From an uncultured Actinomycetes bacterium (GTDB lineage: Bacteria > Actinomycetota > Thermoleophilia > RBG-16-64-13), in the NCBI GenBank assembly GCA_963809395.1, contig CAWEJM010000012.1, positions 110,367 to 174,366 on the forward strand: 64,000 nucleotides of DNA, in the 5' to 3' direction. A program made the position numbers and the translations under genes. Under the pieces are notes generated by a model that was given only the letters and a program-made list of their open reading frames with translations, had not been told where the DNA came from and did not search any database. Position 1 is the first letter of the stretch. Every line of letters starts with the position of its first letter. Of the stretch, positions 10,297-21,405 are shown piece by piece.

Positions 10297-11569
10297 CTAT
10301 TCCCTGACCTGCAGCATCACTTTGAACGCTCCCCCGAGGCCTTCTTCGTCAAGAAGGGCCTCCAGGATCGAGGCCTCCCGATCGGCCTCGAGTGAACCGC
10401 CCGCCGACGCTCGTAGCGCCCGCAACTCCTCCTCACCCCCATCGGCCAGGAGTAGAGCGGCGACGCTCGTGTACAGCACGGTCTCGAAGCCGATCCCGCG
10501 GCCGTGTAGATCGAGCGCACGGAAGTCCACGTCGGCGGTCAGGTCTTGGCGCCCGACGCGCACATAGGGGTCGGAGACCAGCTGATGCCGGAAGTAGCCC
10601 CGCACGGTTCGCCCGTATGATGGCTCGCCCGATGGACGGCACCAGCAGCCCGTCTCCGTCTCCGCGCCCGAGGGCCATCCGCCGTAGTCGATGGTGAGCA
10701 GGCAGCCCTCCGGCATGATGGCTGCGACCTGCCGCATGAAAGAACCGATCGCGGGACGCAATTCTATGATGCCGTCGCGGCTTAGACTCTGAAGACGGCT
10801 CGCAGTCCGCGCTGCCAAACAGGAGGCGCAACTCGGCCTCAGCCTCCGGCGACAGATCGTCCCAGACCTCGCCCACCAGACCGCCGCCCTGGTCGACACC
10901 GACCCAGGCTTCGAGCGGCCGTGGTCCACGGACGTCGACTATGTGAACGGGCAGCGCGTCGACGAACTCGTTCCCCACTACGACCGCGGGCCGCGTCGCG
11001 GCGGCCGCTCCGGCCAGATCATCGGCCCATCGCACCTCCCAACCCTGAGCCAACATCCCCGCCACGGCTTTTCGCTGCAGATTCCGCAGACCTTCGCCGA
11101 TCTCCACGATGCTGTAGACGACGCGCTCCCGCAGATCGGGGCGAGTCTCCTCCCATCCCCCAAGTACGGCCCCGGCCAAGTCGCCCTCTCCTCCGCCCAG
11201 TTCGATGATTGCCATCGGAGGGCAGGCGCAAGCGCGCGCCTCGGAGGGCGCGCCGGCTTGCGGCCCTCCGCTCACCGGCGCCGCGACCGCCGGCGCGGCG
11301 ACCAGCGAGGCGTCGACCAAATCGGTGACCAACCTGCCGACCGCCCGGCGAAAAGACGGCGAGAGGTGGGGCGCGGTGCTGAAGTGGCCCCGGCGGCCGA
11401 GGAGAGGGCCGCCGCGCCCGCCGACCCGTCTGTAGTAGCCGTCAGTGGGATGGGTCAAGGCCAGTTCCATGAACCGGGCGAACGTGACCCGCCCACCTTC
11501 GGCCGCTATCTCCCGGGCGATGCCCGCCGGCACCGATGGTGCCCCGGCTGACCTGTCTTCCGCGCTCAC
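10297..11569 (-). CDS. MidA/NDUFAF7-family (DUF185) SAM-dependent methyltransferase, one frame change
   Basis: The N-terminus reads VTFARFMELALTHPTDGYYRR...HFSTAPHLSPSF. It is followed by IIELGGGEGDLA (SAM motif I). The C-terminal half continues in ORF 10297-10929. Confidence 0.75.
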
Positions 11570-11576
11570 GTCTTGC

Positions 11577-13908
11577 TCAGCAGCCGAGGTCGCGACCCTT
11601 CTTCTGCAGATAGCCGCTGTAGGCGGCCATCTTGCCCAGGATCTTCACCGCCCGCAAGGGTGAGGGCAGGACGAGAGCGGAGTAGCGGCCACCAACCGAG
11701 AATATGGCCTGGTTGATGGGCGTGAACGAGATATTGGCGATGGGCTTGCAGTATCGATCCATGAGAGCCGCGGACTGCTTGATGAAGGCCAGTTCCCGCT
11801 CGCTCAACTCCGGCTCGGCCGGCTCCTGCTCGGCCGGCTCCGGATCGTCTCCGGCCGCATCTCTTCGCAGCGGCTGCCCGGCGAAGCTCGCCTTGAGGCG
11901 CTCGATCTCCTCTACCGCCCGGCGGCTTTCACTCATGGAGCCGACCACTCCCATCACGATCACCGCGTCGACGCCGGCGCTGGCGGCCAGCGTCTCCACG
12001 ACCGCTTCGGGGACACCGGGCGATATGGTCGCCACCAGGTCGATGGGGTTGGAGTGGCTCCAGTAGGGAGGTAGCAGCTTGTTCAGGGCCTCGATCACCT
12101 CGGGCGTGAGCTCGGCCAGCTCCAGACCGCTGCGGGCGATCTCATCGGCTACCAGCACCCCCCATCCCCCGCCCAGGGTGGCCACCGCCACCCTCCTCCC
12201 CGGGGGCAGCGGCATGTAGGAAAGGGCGAAGGTGAGGTCCATGAACTCGTCCGGGTCGGTGGTCACGATCATGCCGGACTGCCGGGCAGCGGCATCGAAC
12301 ACGGCCGTGGAGGAGGCCATCGCCCCCGTGTGAGAGGCGGCCGCCCGTTTGCCGTAGTCGCTCGTCCCTCCGCGCAGCACCACCACGGGTTTCTCCAGCG
12401 TGGTGGCCCGGGTGACGTCGAGCAGGCGCCGGCCGTCGTCGAAGCCCTCCATGTAGGCGACGATGGTGTTGGTCTGGGGATCGGTGCGCAGGTAGTTGAT
12501 GAAGTCCACGGCGTCGATCATGGCCTCGTTGCCCACGCCGATGAACTTGCCCACCCCGCCCTTGCGCCGCTCGGCGGCCACCAGCAGTTGCGTGCCCAGG
12601 TTGCCCGATTGGGAGACCATGCTGGCGCCTCCGGGCTCGGGCCGCAGCAACATGAAGCCCGTGCCGTAGAGGTCGTGGTGGGAGGAGATCACGCCCATGC
12701 AGTTGGGGCCCACCAGGGCCATGCCGTACTTCTCCGCGGTAGCGACCACCTGCTCCTCCAAAGCCCTGCCCTCGGGACCGGCCTCGGAGAATCCCGCCGA
12801 CACCACCACCAGCGCCGACACCCCTTTGCGGCCGCACTCGTCCACCACGTCGTTGACCAGCGAGGCGTGCACGGCCACGATCACCAGGTCGGGAGTCTCG
12901 GGAAGAGTCGGAGACACTCGCGTACACCGGGAGCCCCAGGACGGTCCCTCCCTTGGGATTGACGGGGTAGATCGCGCCCGGGAAAGCCGCCCAGGCGCAG
13001 GTTCGCGACCAGCATCCCGCCCCACTTGGCCGTGTCTGCCGACGCGCCCACCACGGCCACGCTGCGCGGAGCCACCAGAGCGCCCAATCGGGAGATGTCG
13101 GCCGGGGGCCTGGTGGAGGGTTCCACCGGCTCGCCCACGGCGATGAGGGCGTCCACCGCCACCGGGGTGGCGCCGTCGATCAGGACCGGGTTCACGTCGA
13201 TCTCCCGGATCTCGGGATGATCGTGGGCCATCTGGGCGACGGCCTTGAGCGATCGGCCACCAGCGCGTCCCGATCGACGGCCGGCGAGCCTCGGAACGGT
13301 CCCAGCAAGGCTTTGGCCTCGATCTGGTCGAGGAGCTCGTGCGCGTCGGCGTCGTCCAACGGGGCGACGGCAAAGGCCACATCGTGGAGCGCTTCAGTGA
13401 AGATGCCTCCCAGGCCGAACATCACCACCGGCCCAAAGAGGTGGTCGCGGATGAGACCCACGACGAACTCGCGCTTTCCGGTGACCATGTGCTCGACCAG
13501 CACCCCGTCGAGCGTGGCGCCCGCCGCGGCGGCCCGGGTCTCGAGCGTCCGGTATCCGTCGCGGACCTCGGCGTCGTCAGCGACCCCGAGGATCACCAAC
13601 CCGGCATCGGTCTTGTGCTGCACCTGGGGAGAGGATCCCTTCATCACCACGGGATAGCCGATCTCGCCGGCCACCCGGACTGCTTCGTCGGGCGACGCGA
13701 CGGTGGCGCCCGCCGGCACCGGGATGCCGTACGCGGCGAAGAACTGCTTGCCGGCCGCCTCGTCGAGCGCGGGGGCGCCGGCGCGCAGCGCCTCCTCGAT
13801 GAGCGCCCGCCCCGGCGCCGCCCCGTTCCCTTGCCCCGGCTCGTTGCTGGCCACCCGCGCCTCCTTGGTCCGGTTCGTGAGGCTCTCCATTGTCCCCGAG
13901 AGCGCCAC
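11577..13908 (-). CDS. ADP-forming acetate--CoA ligase (ACD) family protein, ATP-grasp (beta) domain N-terminal to CoA-binding/ligase (alpha) domains, frame-shifted
   Basis: ORF 13192-13908 is an ATP-grasp module (GYPVVMKGSSPQVQHKTDAGLV). ORF 12881-13231 links it in frame to the CoA-binding start (PRSVAVVGASADTAKWG). ORF 11577-13382 carries the rest (VGPNCMGV, SQSGNLG, GVGNEAMID). Confidence 0.8.
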
Positions 13909-13995
13909 CGCACGCTAGGCTTCGTCCCGACGGTCGCTCCGCGCCTGAACCCAGCCGCCCCCGCTCGCGCGCCTCCTCCTCCACCAGGCACCCAC

Positions 13996-14965
13996 TGACA
14001 CACGACACCTTACATGCGTAGTCGCACGGCTCCACGTGGATGTGGACGCGGGATTCCGGCAGTCGCTCCTTGATGGCTACCACGATCTCGTCCGCCAGCG
14101 CGTGAGCCTCGGCCACCGACATGCGGTCTTCGACCGCCAGATGGAAGTCGATGAAGCGAGTCGCCCCGGCCTTCCGGGTGCGCAGATGGTGAAAGCTCCG
14201 CACCGCCGGCCACCCTTCGGTGACAAACCCCGCGATCCAGTTGACGTCCTGGTCGGGAAGGCTGACGTCGAGCAGATCGCGCGCCGAAGCCCGGGTGAGG
14301 TCGTACGCGGCCTTCATGATCATGAGCGCCACCAGGATGGCCACCACCGGGTCCAGCCAGCGCAGGTTGAGGCTCGGCGAGATCATCCCAGCCACCCAGA
14401 TCACCAGCAGCCCGGCCGTGACGCCCACCGAGGTGTACACGTCGGTACGCAGGTGCCAGGCGTCGGCTTGAAGCGCCACCGAGTCTGTCTCCTTGCCCAC
14501 CTTGAACAGCCGTTTCGAGACGAACGTGTTCACGAGGGCCGAGACCAGCATGACCCCTACCCCCCAGAAAGGCATGTCTATCGCTTGGGGCCGGATCAGC
14601 CTGTGCACGGCTTCGTAGATGATCCAGATGGCCGCGACGAATATGAGCAGTGCCTCTATGGTCCCGGAGATGTTCTCGTACTTCCCGTGGCCGTAAGGGT
14701 GGCGCTCGTCCGCCTGCTGGCCGGATGCGCGCACCGCGAAGAGGGCGATCACGGCGGCAAGCAGGTCGACTCCCGAGTGGATGGCCTCCGAAAGGACCGA
14801 CACCGAACCGATGAGCAGGCCGACGGCGATCTTGAGCACGATGAGCAGGCTGTTGGAGAGCACCGACAGCGCGGCGACGCTGGTCTTCTTGTTGGAAAGC
14901 TGTATCACAGACCCCCAAACACGCAGAAAAGCCCCACGGGAACCGATGCGTCCCGCAGAGCTCAC
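13996..14965 (-). CDS. Cation diffusion facilitator (CDF) family metal efflux transporter
   Basis: Six TM helices carry HSGVDLLAA and HLRTDVYTS metal-site motifs, with a cytoplasmic domain ending ...VHIHVEPCD. The ORF formally runs on to 13577, overlapping the ACD gene in another frame. That extension is probably an artefact of a lost stop, so the 3' end is uncertain. Confidence 0.8.
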
Positions 14966-15090
14966 GTGCCTGCTGCTCGAAGCCCGGCTACACCCCGTAG
15001 CGCGCCTGAGAACCGGATGCGCGCCGGGGTTGCCTGATCGAGGCCGAAGTATAGGGCCTTGCCGAAATCACCGCAAGGTTGGTGAGGTGT

Positions 15091-15454
15091 TGGTGGAGGC
15101 GGGGGGAATCGAACCCCCGTCCGAAACTCGTCGAGCCCAGATGTCTACGAGCGTAGCCCCTACTATGTTTCTCGCCTCGCGCCCCCGTAGGAGCAGGGTG
15201 CGTCCGGCCAACCACCTTAATGTCCCCCCGACGCCGGCGGCACTCGCCGGGAGTGAGCCCGCCTGGTTTATGCCACGACCCTCCCCGGCAGGCACGGGAG
15301 GCGCGACAGGCGCTTAAGTCTTAGTCAGACTAAGCGGCCAGAGCCAATTCAGGTTTGGCAATTGTTTTTTTCCAGCCTGTTTAACGAGAACGGCCGGGAT
15401 CTCGGCTCGCTACCTGAACTCAGACATGAGCCCCGTCGAAACCATGTCGCCCCC
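15091..15454 (-). ncRNA. ssrA: tmRNA (SsrA)
   Basis: The reverse complement starts GGGGGCGACAUGGUUUCGACGGGG and ends GGGGGUUCGAUUCCCCCCGCCUCCACCA. This gives a tRNA-Ala-like acceptor with a G3:U pair, a T-arm and CCA. An internal tag ORF GCC AAA CCU GAA UUG GCU CUG GCC GCU UAG encodes AKPELALAA*. The gene lies next to smpB. Confidence 0.9.
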
Positions 15455-15555
15455 ACGAGACCCAGACGCCCGGCTCCTGAAGCCGCGCTGACTGAGCTAT
15501 GCAAGTATACAGCATGCGGGTCGCGAGCCGGGCTTTGGCGCCGCGCTCGGTCGCC

Positions 15556-16026
15556 TCAGTCGCCGCGCTCGCGCGAGCGGAAGGCCCGCTCCATGTCGCG
15601 CTGGGCCTCCTTCTTGGCCAAGGTCTGGCGCTTGTCGTAGGTGGTCTTGCCCTTGGCCAGGCCGATCTCCACCTTCACCCGGCCGTCCTTGAAGTACAGC
15701 TTGGTGGGCACCAAGGTGTAGCCGGCCACCCGCACCTTGCCGTAGAGGCGGCGCAGCTCCCGAGCGTGCACCAGCAGCTTGCGCGAGCGCAGAGGATCGT
15801 GATTGAAGATGTTGCCCTGCTCGTAGGGGCTGATGTGAGTACCGACGAGGAACAGCTCGCCCTTCTCGATGGCCGCGTAGCTATCGCGCAGGTTCACCCG
15901 ACCGGCCCGCAGCGACTTGACCTCGGTGCCGGTGAGGGCGATGCCGGCCTCCAACGTCTCCTCGATGTGGTAGTCGTGGTAGGCCTTCTTGTTCTGCGCG
16001 ATGAGCTTGATGCCGATGGGTCTCAT
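15556..16026 (-). CDS. smpB: SsrA-binding protein SmpB
   Basis: Intact 156-aa ORF. It matches the SmpB pattern throughout ([12 protein letters not shown]...GTEVKSLR...LLVHARE...[11 protein letters not shown]...KGKTTYDKR). Confidence 0.95.
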   Translation of the reverse strand: MRPIGIKLIAQNKKAYHDYHIEETLEAGIALTGTEVKSLRAGRVNLRDSYAAIEKGELFLVGTHISPYEQGNIFNHDPLRSRKLLVHARELRRLYGKVRVAGYTLVPTKLYFKDGRVKVEIGLAKGKTTYDKRQTLAKKEAQRDMERAFRSRERGD

Positions 16027-16154
16027 GGTTGCGGGAGTATAGCAAGCATGCCCCCGGGACCCGCCGGTGCGGAACCCCGGCAGGCGAGTCTCAGCCCCAG
16101 ATGCGAGACGCTTTCAGCAAGCCGGCTTCCGCCAGTCGCGATCTCAGCAGGCCG

Positions 16155-17107
16155 CTATTCTCCCCCGGTCGGCGGGCCATTCTTGTGACAGTTCGTGCAG
16201 CTCGCTTGCCCGTAGTCAGACGACGGGTGGCAGCTCTGGCAGGTGAGGACCCGGCTACCCGTGGGCACGTGCTGTCCTTCCTGCGGATGCTGGAAGTTCG
16301 CCGGCGAGAAGCTCTCTATGCTGTGGCACTGTGGCGCAGTCGGTCAGCCCCGTGTGTTGCACTTCGTGGCAGGAGACGCAGGTGGCTCCCGCCGGGACCC
16401 CCAGAGAGGTACCCGGGATAACCGGGCCGCCCGGCTTGATGATGTGGCAGTCCGCGCAGGGCACGCCGCCGTGACCTCCGGTCAGCGCAAGAGGATGATC
16501 CGTGGGCGCTTTCTCTTTGAAGCTGTTGGTGCCGTGGCAGTTGCTGCACTCTCCCCGCACTTCATGCGGCTGAGTGTGACACGTAGCGCACTGGCTGGGC
16601 GGCGACCCGATCTGGCCGTTGTGACACTTGAGGCATCTGGCCATGAGCATGGGTTTGACGTAGTACGGCGGATGGACCGTGCTATGGACGATGCGCACGT
16701 GGCAGTCGACGCATATCACCGCTGCATGACTAGAGTGCGGGAACCTGGTGGTGCCCTCCGTCTGCGGCCCCCCGTCCGGGTGGCAGTTGAGACAGTTGCT
16801 CCGGGGGATCTCGCGCGTGACTGCGAACGGCGGCAAGTGCTGGCCCGCGACATGTACCCACAGCTCGTTCAAGCGACATGACCTTCGCCTTCACAAAATT
16901 GGGGAACCCCGGGGGGATGTGACAGTCGACACACTTGGCGTCCTTGTGGGACGAGGCACTCCAACTGTCGTAGTAGGGGTTCATCTCGTGGCAACTGTTG
17001 CAGGAAGAGTTGGTGCTCATGGCCTCCGCGGTAACGAACGAGGCGATGATCACCACCACGATGACCGCGGCGATGATGATGAGAATGATCTTGCGGCGGC
17101 GCGACAT
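16155..17107 (-). CDS. Membrane-anchored multiheme cytochrome c (NapC/NirT-like N-terminus, 12 CXXCH motifs), two frame changes
   Basis: MSRRRK is followed by a TM helix, then CNSCH and CVDCH (NapC/NirT pattern). The protein continues in ORF 16255-16872 with CLNCH, CVDCH, CLKCH, CATCH, CSNCH, CADCH and CVSCH. A third frame then carries CATCH, CQSCH and CTNCH, ending GPPTGGE* at 16155. There is no stop between 17332 and 17107, so a longer chimeric ORF is formally possible. Confidence 0.8.
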
Positions 17108-17236
17108 CCGGCGCTTCTTGCCGCCCGAAGGTCCACCGTCACCCTTTGGGGAGGTGCCCACCGGCGCCTCTACCGTCCCGGACGGTTCAGCGACGACTTC
17201 TCGAGTGGGCTCCTGAGGGTCCACGTTCTTCCTCCG

Positions 17237-17487
17237 CATAGTCAGGTCGATTCTACCCCGGGCGTCATCCACCGCCACCACCCGGATTTTGAAGATATCA
17301 GCAACCTTGTACGTTGCACAAGGCCTTGGCAACGAGAAGCAATTGCTGTTCGGGATCAGCGCTTTCGTCGCGCCCCGGATCGTGGAAGCTCAGCTTCGTC
17401 CTCCGCCAAGGTCAGATCGACCCTACCTCGAGCTTCGTCTACCGCCAGCACCTTGATCTTTACGATGTCGGCAACCTTGTACGTTGC
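17237..17487 (-). repeat. Diverged direct duplication of the rnr 3' end (S1-domain tail); copies at 17407-17487 and 17237-17317
   Basis: Copy A encodes ATYKVADIVKIKVLAVDEARGRVDLTL. Copy B encodes ATYKVADIFKIRVVAVDDARGRIDLTM. 21 of 27 residues are identical and all 6 changes are conservative. An identical 17-mer gcaaccttgtacgttgc occurs at 17301-17317 and 17471-17487, offset by 170 nt. Confidence 0.8.
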
Positions 17488-19204
17488 GCCGGACCTCCTT
17501 CCTTCCAGGGCGGTCTCCAACTCGTTCAGGCTGTATTGGTCCCGAGGAAGCTCGCTCACCGACAGATAGCCCTGGAACAGGCGCTCGAATAGGACGAACA
17601 TCCCGCGCCTGGTCAGGCTGAGCACCTGGCCCTCGAAGACGCTCTGCCGCCAGCCCTCCTCGTCCAGGCGCCGCCTGAGCAGATGGGCCAGCACGATGTC
17701 ATCAGCCTTTAGTTCCACCTTGGCGGCCTCACGCTCCGTGCGCGAGCAGTGCTCGGCCCAGTCGGAAAGGCTCGACGTGGTGGGTGCCGGGCCCAAGCCG
17801 AGTTGCGCCAGCAACCCCCGATGCACCAGGAGGTCGGGGTAGCGCCGGATGGGCGAGGTGAAGTGACAGTAGGTCGGAGACGCAAGTCCGAAGTGACCGA
17901 TATTGGTCGTCTGGTAGACCGCCCGGGCCTGGGCACGCAGCACCTGTTGCACCAGAGCTGCCTTGCCCCGGCCGGCGGGAGTGTAGCGGTCGACCCACTC
18001 CGCCGTCTCGCGGGTCACCCGGCGGATGTCCTGGGGAGTGGCCATCATCGGGTCGAAGGCCGGGGTGGGCAGTCCCAGGCTGGACAGGATGTCGAGCAGG
18101 TGGTCTACCCGGAACGGGTCGGGCAGGTCGTGGACCCGGTACACCGTGGGCACGTGCTCGCCCTCCAAGAAAGAGGCTACCTGCTCGTTGGCCAGGACCA
18201 TGTAGCCCTCGATGAACCAGTGGCTCTCCAGCTCTTCACTGGGATCGGCGCCGATCACCCGGCCGGCTTCGTCCCACTCGAACTCGGGCTCCGGCGAGTC
18301 GATCCGCAGGCTACCCCTCTCGTGCCTGATTCTCTCGGAGCCGCTGGGCCAGCACCCTTCCCCATTCCAGAGGCTCGGCCAGTTCTGCGTCCACCGCCTC
18401 TGTTCCCCGGAACATGCGTTCCAGTTGTTCGTAGTCGAGCCGCTTCGCGCTCCGGATCAGCGAGCGATAGAAACGGGTCTGGAGCACGCGGCCGCGATCG
18501 TCCACCTCCATCTCCACCGTGACCGCCTTGCGGTCTTCATCCGGTCGAAGAGAGCAGACTCCCGAGGAGAGCGTCGGCGGCAGCATGGGCTCCACCCCGG
18601 TGGCCACATACACGGAGTTCCCCCGACGCAGTGCCTCCCGGTCGAGAGCCTTTCCTTCGGCGACGAAGTACGAGACATCGGCGATGTGCACGTACACGGT
18701 GGTGGTCCCGGCCGTCGTCCGCTCGAAGGAGAGGGCGTCGTCGAAATCTTGCGCCATTATCGGATCCACCGTGAAGGTGTACAGATCGCGTAGATCGGTC
18801 CGCCCGGAGTCGAGTTGGGTGTGGAGCTCGGCCGCTTCCGCCGCCTCGGCCAGCACCTTGGGACTGAACCCGCGCTGGACCAGATGGTCGACGAGCAGAG
18901 CCTCCATGACATCGGCCAACACGTTGCTCTTGCCCAGAGGGCGGACGACGCGCGCCTTGAAACCATAGGAGAAGGTGAACAGCACCAGGTCGCCGGGCTG
19001 GGGCCGGATGGGAGCACGCTCCACCGGCAGCGCCGGACCGGGCTGGAATAGAGGTTCCACCTCGAGGCTCTTGCCCCTGCGCACGATGACTCCGGCAACG
19101 CTGGACGACCGCCCGGTCGGGTCGCCGGCGGGAATCAGGCCGGCTCGTGCCAGAGTCGCCCGGCGTCGCTCTGACCGGCTGCGTCCCTTGCGGTGCCGGG
19201 CCAT
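17356..19204 (-). CDS. rnr: Ribonuclease R (RNB-family 3'-5' exoribonuclease), one frame change near 18311
   Basis: ORF 18311-19252 carries the cold-shock/OB region and the start of RNB (FTVDPIMAQDFDDALS). ORF 17356-18258 carries the rest of RNB (HFGLASPTYCHFTSPIRRYPDL) plus a C-terminal S1 domain and basic tail. The two halves join after a 1-nt shift at the GGGG run near 18311. Confidence 0.9.
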
Positions 19205-19209
19205 CTGCT

Positions 19210-20269
19210 CTATGCCCCGGGCGGCCGGCGGAACAGTTCCAGGCTCACCCACTCAGCCTCGTACACACGCCGCCCGGGCGAGAAGCCGCACTCCCGAGCG
19301 GCGAACAGGAGCTGCCGCTCCTGTTCGCCCGCGAGAATCCCCGAGACCACCAGCCGCCGAGGCCCGGCGGTGACCGAGCCGTCGCCGGATGAGGCCGCGG
19401 GCGCGATCGCCAGCTTCCGCAGCAAGAGCCGTGACCGGCTCCAGGGTCATGTTGGCCAGCACGGTCGCACCCGCGAACCAGTCAGAAGAGGAGCGGGCCA
19501 CGTCGGTCTCAATCACCTGAACCGTTCCGTCCACACCGTTCTTCGTGATGTTCTCTCGGGCCGACTGCAGGGCGACGGGATCGTTGTCGAAGGCGAAGAC
19601 GGGCGTCCACCCCAGTTTGGCGGCCGCGATGGCCAGGACTCCCGACCCGGTGCCGGCGTCGACCAGTGGACCCCGGGATCGCTCGGCGCCCTCCTGCAGC
19701 AGCTTCAACGTGCCCCTGGTGGTGGGATGCAGACCGGTGCCGAAGCCGAGCCCGGGATTGATGACCACGTCGACGGGCGCCGCCCGCCGCCGCCCGGCGG
19801 AGCCGAGCGGCGCTAGGCCACCCGGCCGACTCGACGGCGCCTCCCACGGGCGGTCGGATGCGCACTCCGCCGATCAGAATGGGCCGAAAGTGGTCCCTCC
19901 ACCCCTCCACCCAGTCTCGAGATACATCGTAGCTCTGCAGCCGCACGTTTCCTGAAGCGCGCATCGCCGCTGGAAGCGCGGCCAGGATGTCATCGAGAGC
20001 GGAACCTGGCCGGACACCGATCGGCCGGCGGCGCTCGACCGGGTATCGGCGGCCGGGTAGAACACCAGGGCGGCCATCTCGCCGGCATGTTCGGCCAGGG
20101 ATCCGCCGGCGGCCGGGATAGCGGCGCCGTCGTCGGCGTCGGCGATCACTTGTAGCTCGAACGGCCCCAGGAGTTCCATGAGGATGGCCCCGGCGACCTC
20201 CGCATACGCGTGAGGAAGGACCACGCGGATCGCCTGGTCGGCTCCGCTCGTGGCCGACGACTCAGCCAT
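19210..20269 (-). CDS. prmA: Ribosomal protein L11 methyltransferase PrmA, several frame changes
   Basis: Fragments are 19874-20269 (N-terminal domain), 19509-19964 (DWVEGWRDHFRP), 19253-19768 (INPGLGFGTGLHPTT...DAGTGSGVLAIAAAKLG) and 19210-19425 (SGIL...EWVSLELFR). The gene sits after dnaJ, as in many Gram-positive bacteria. Confidence 0.8.
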
Positions 20270-21405
20270 CAGCCCGCGAACAGGTTGCGCAGCTTGTGGA
20301 GGACCCCCTCGGGACGGGCACTGTATTGGTCGGAGCCGCAGGCATCATCGAAATCTTGGAGGAGCCGCCGGTGCTGCTCGTCCAGGTCCCGGGGGACCAG
20401 GACGGTCACGTGGATCTCCTGGTCGCCGCGCCCATGGCCGTTCAGGTGCGGTACCCCTTTGCCTCGCAGCACCTTGACCTCGCCCGGCTGCGTGCCGGGC
20501 GCCAACTCCACCTCTTCGTCGCCGTCCAGGGTGGGGATGGTCAAGGTGGCACCGAGCGCCGCCTGCACCATGGTGAGGTCCACCCCGTACAAGATATCGT
20601 CGTCGCGCCGCTCGAAGAGATCGTGCGGCGCCACCCTGATGCGCACGTAGAGGTCGCCGGTGCGCGCTCTCCGCTCCCCGGCGCCACCGTGGCCGGAAAC
20701 CCTGATGCGCTGGCCGGTATCGATACCGGCCGGGATCTGCACGGTGACCTTGCGTTCGGCAAAGACCCGGCCCGCCCCCCGGCACTCGGCGCAGGGCGAT
20801 CCGATCACCTGACCGGTTCCCGCGCAGCGCAGACAGGCCGCCGTCTGGACGAACTGGCCCAACATGGTGCGGCGGACGACGCGCACCCGGCCTTGGCCCC
20901 CACACTCGGAGCAGGTCTTCACCGAAGAGGGATCGGTGGTACCCAGGCCCTCACAGGATGAGCACACTCCCTGGGCCTTGAAGGTGATCTCCCTTTCCAC
21001 CCCAAAAGCGGCCTCTTCCAGGGTCAACTCGACCTCGACCGCCAGATCGTCTCCCCGGGCCGGCCCCGTCGGCCCGGTCGCTCCGAACGGGCTCCCGCCG
21101 CCGAACGAGCTGAACAGGTTCTCGAAAAGGTCGGAGAAGCCGGGGAACCCGTCGAAGCCGCCGGCGCCGCCGGCGCCGCCGCGGCGCAGGCCCTCATGCC
21201 CGTAGGCGTCGTAGACGCCGCGTTTCTCCGTGTCGCACAGCACCTCGTAGGCCTCGGTGGCCTCCTTGAACTTCTCCTCGCACGTCGGGTCGTCGACGTT
21301 GACGTCGGGGTGATGCTCGCGGGCCAGCTTGCGATAGGCCTTCTTGATCTGCTGGATGTCGGCGTCACGCGGGACCCCGAGCACCTCGTAGTAGTCGCGT
21401 TTCAT
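20269..21405 (-). CDS. dnaJ: Molecular chaperone DnaJ
   Basis: Intact 378-aa ORF. It has a J domain (DYYEVLGV...HPD), a G/F region and four CxxCxGxG zinc-finger repeats. Confidence 0.95.
   Translation of the reverse strand: MKRDYYEVLGVPRDADIQQIKKAYRKLAREHHPDVNVDDPTCEEKFKEATEAYEVLCDTEKRGVYDAYGHEGLRRGGAGGAGGFDGFPGFSDLFENLFSSFGGGSPFGATGPTGPARGDDLAVEVELTLEEAAFGVEREITFKAQGVCSSCEGLGTTDPSSVKTCSECGGQGRVRVVRRTMLGQFVQTAACLRCAGTGQVIGSPCAECRGAGRVFAERKVTVQIPAGIDTGQRIRVSGHGGAGERRARTGDLYVRIRVAPHDLFERRDDDILYGVDLTMVQAALGATLTIPTLDGDEEVELAPGTQPGEVKVLRGKGVPHLNGHGRGDQEIHVTVLVPRDLDEQHRRLLQDFDDACGSDQYSARPEGVLHKLRNLFAG

Noticed and set aside
14966-15090. Possible genomic island integrated at the tmRNA 3' end.
   Set aside because: The sequence downstream of the tmRNA CCA end runs directly into a CDF transporter gene of normal composition. 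I found no integrase and no direct repeat of the tmRNA 3' end.
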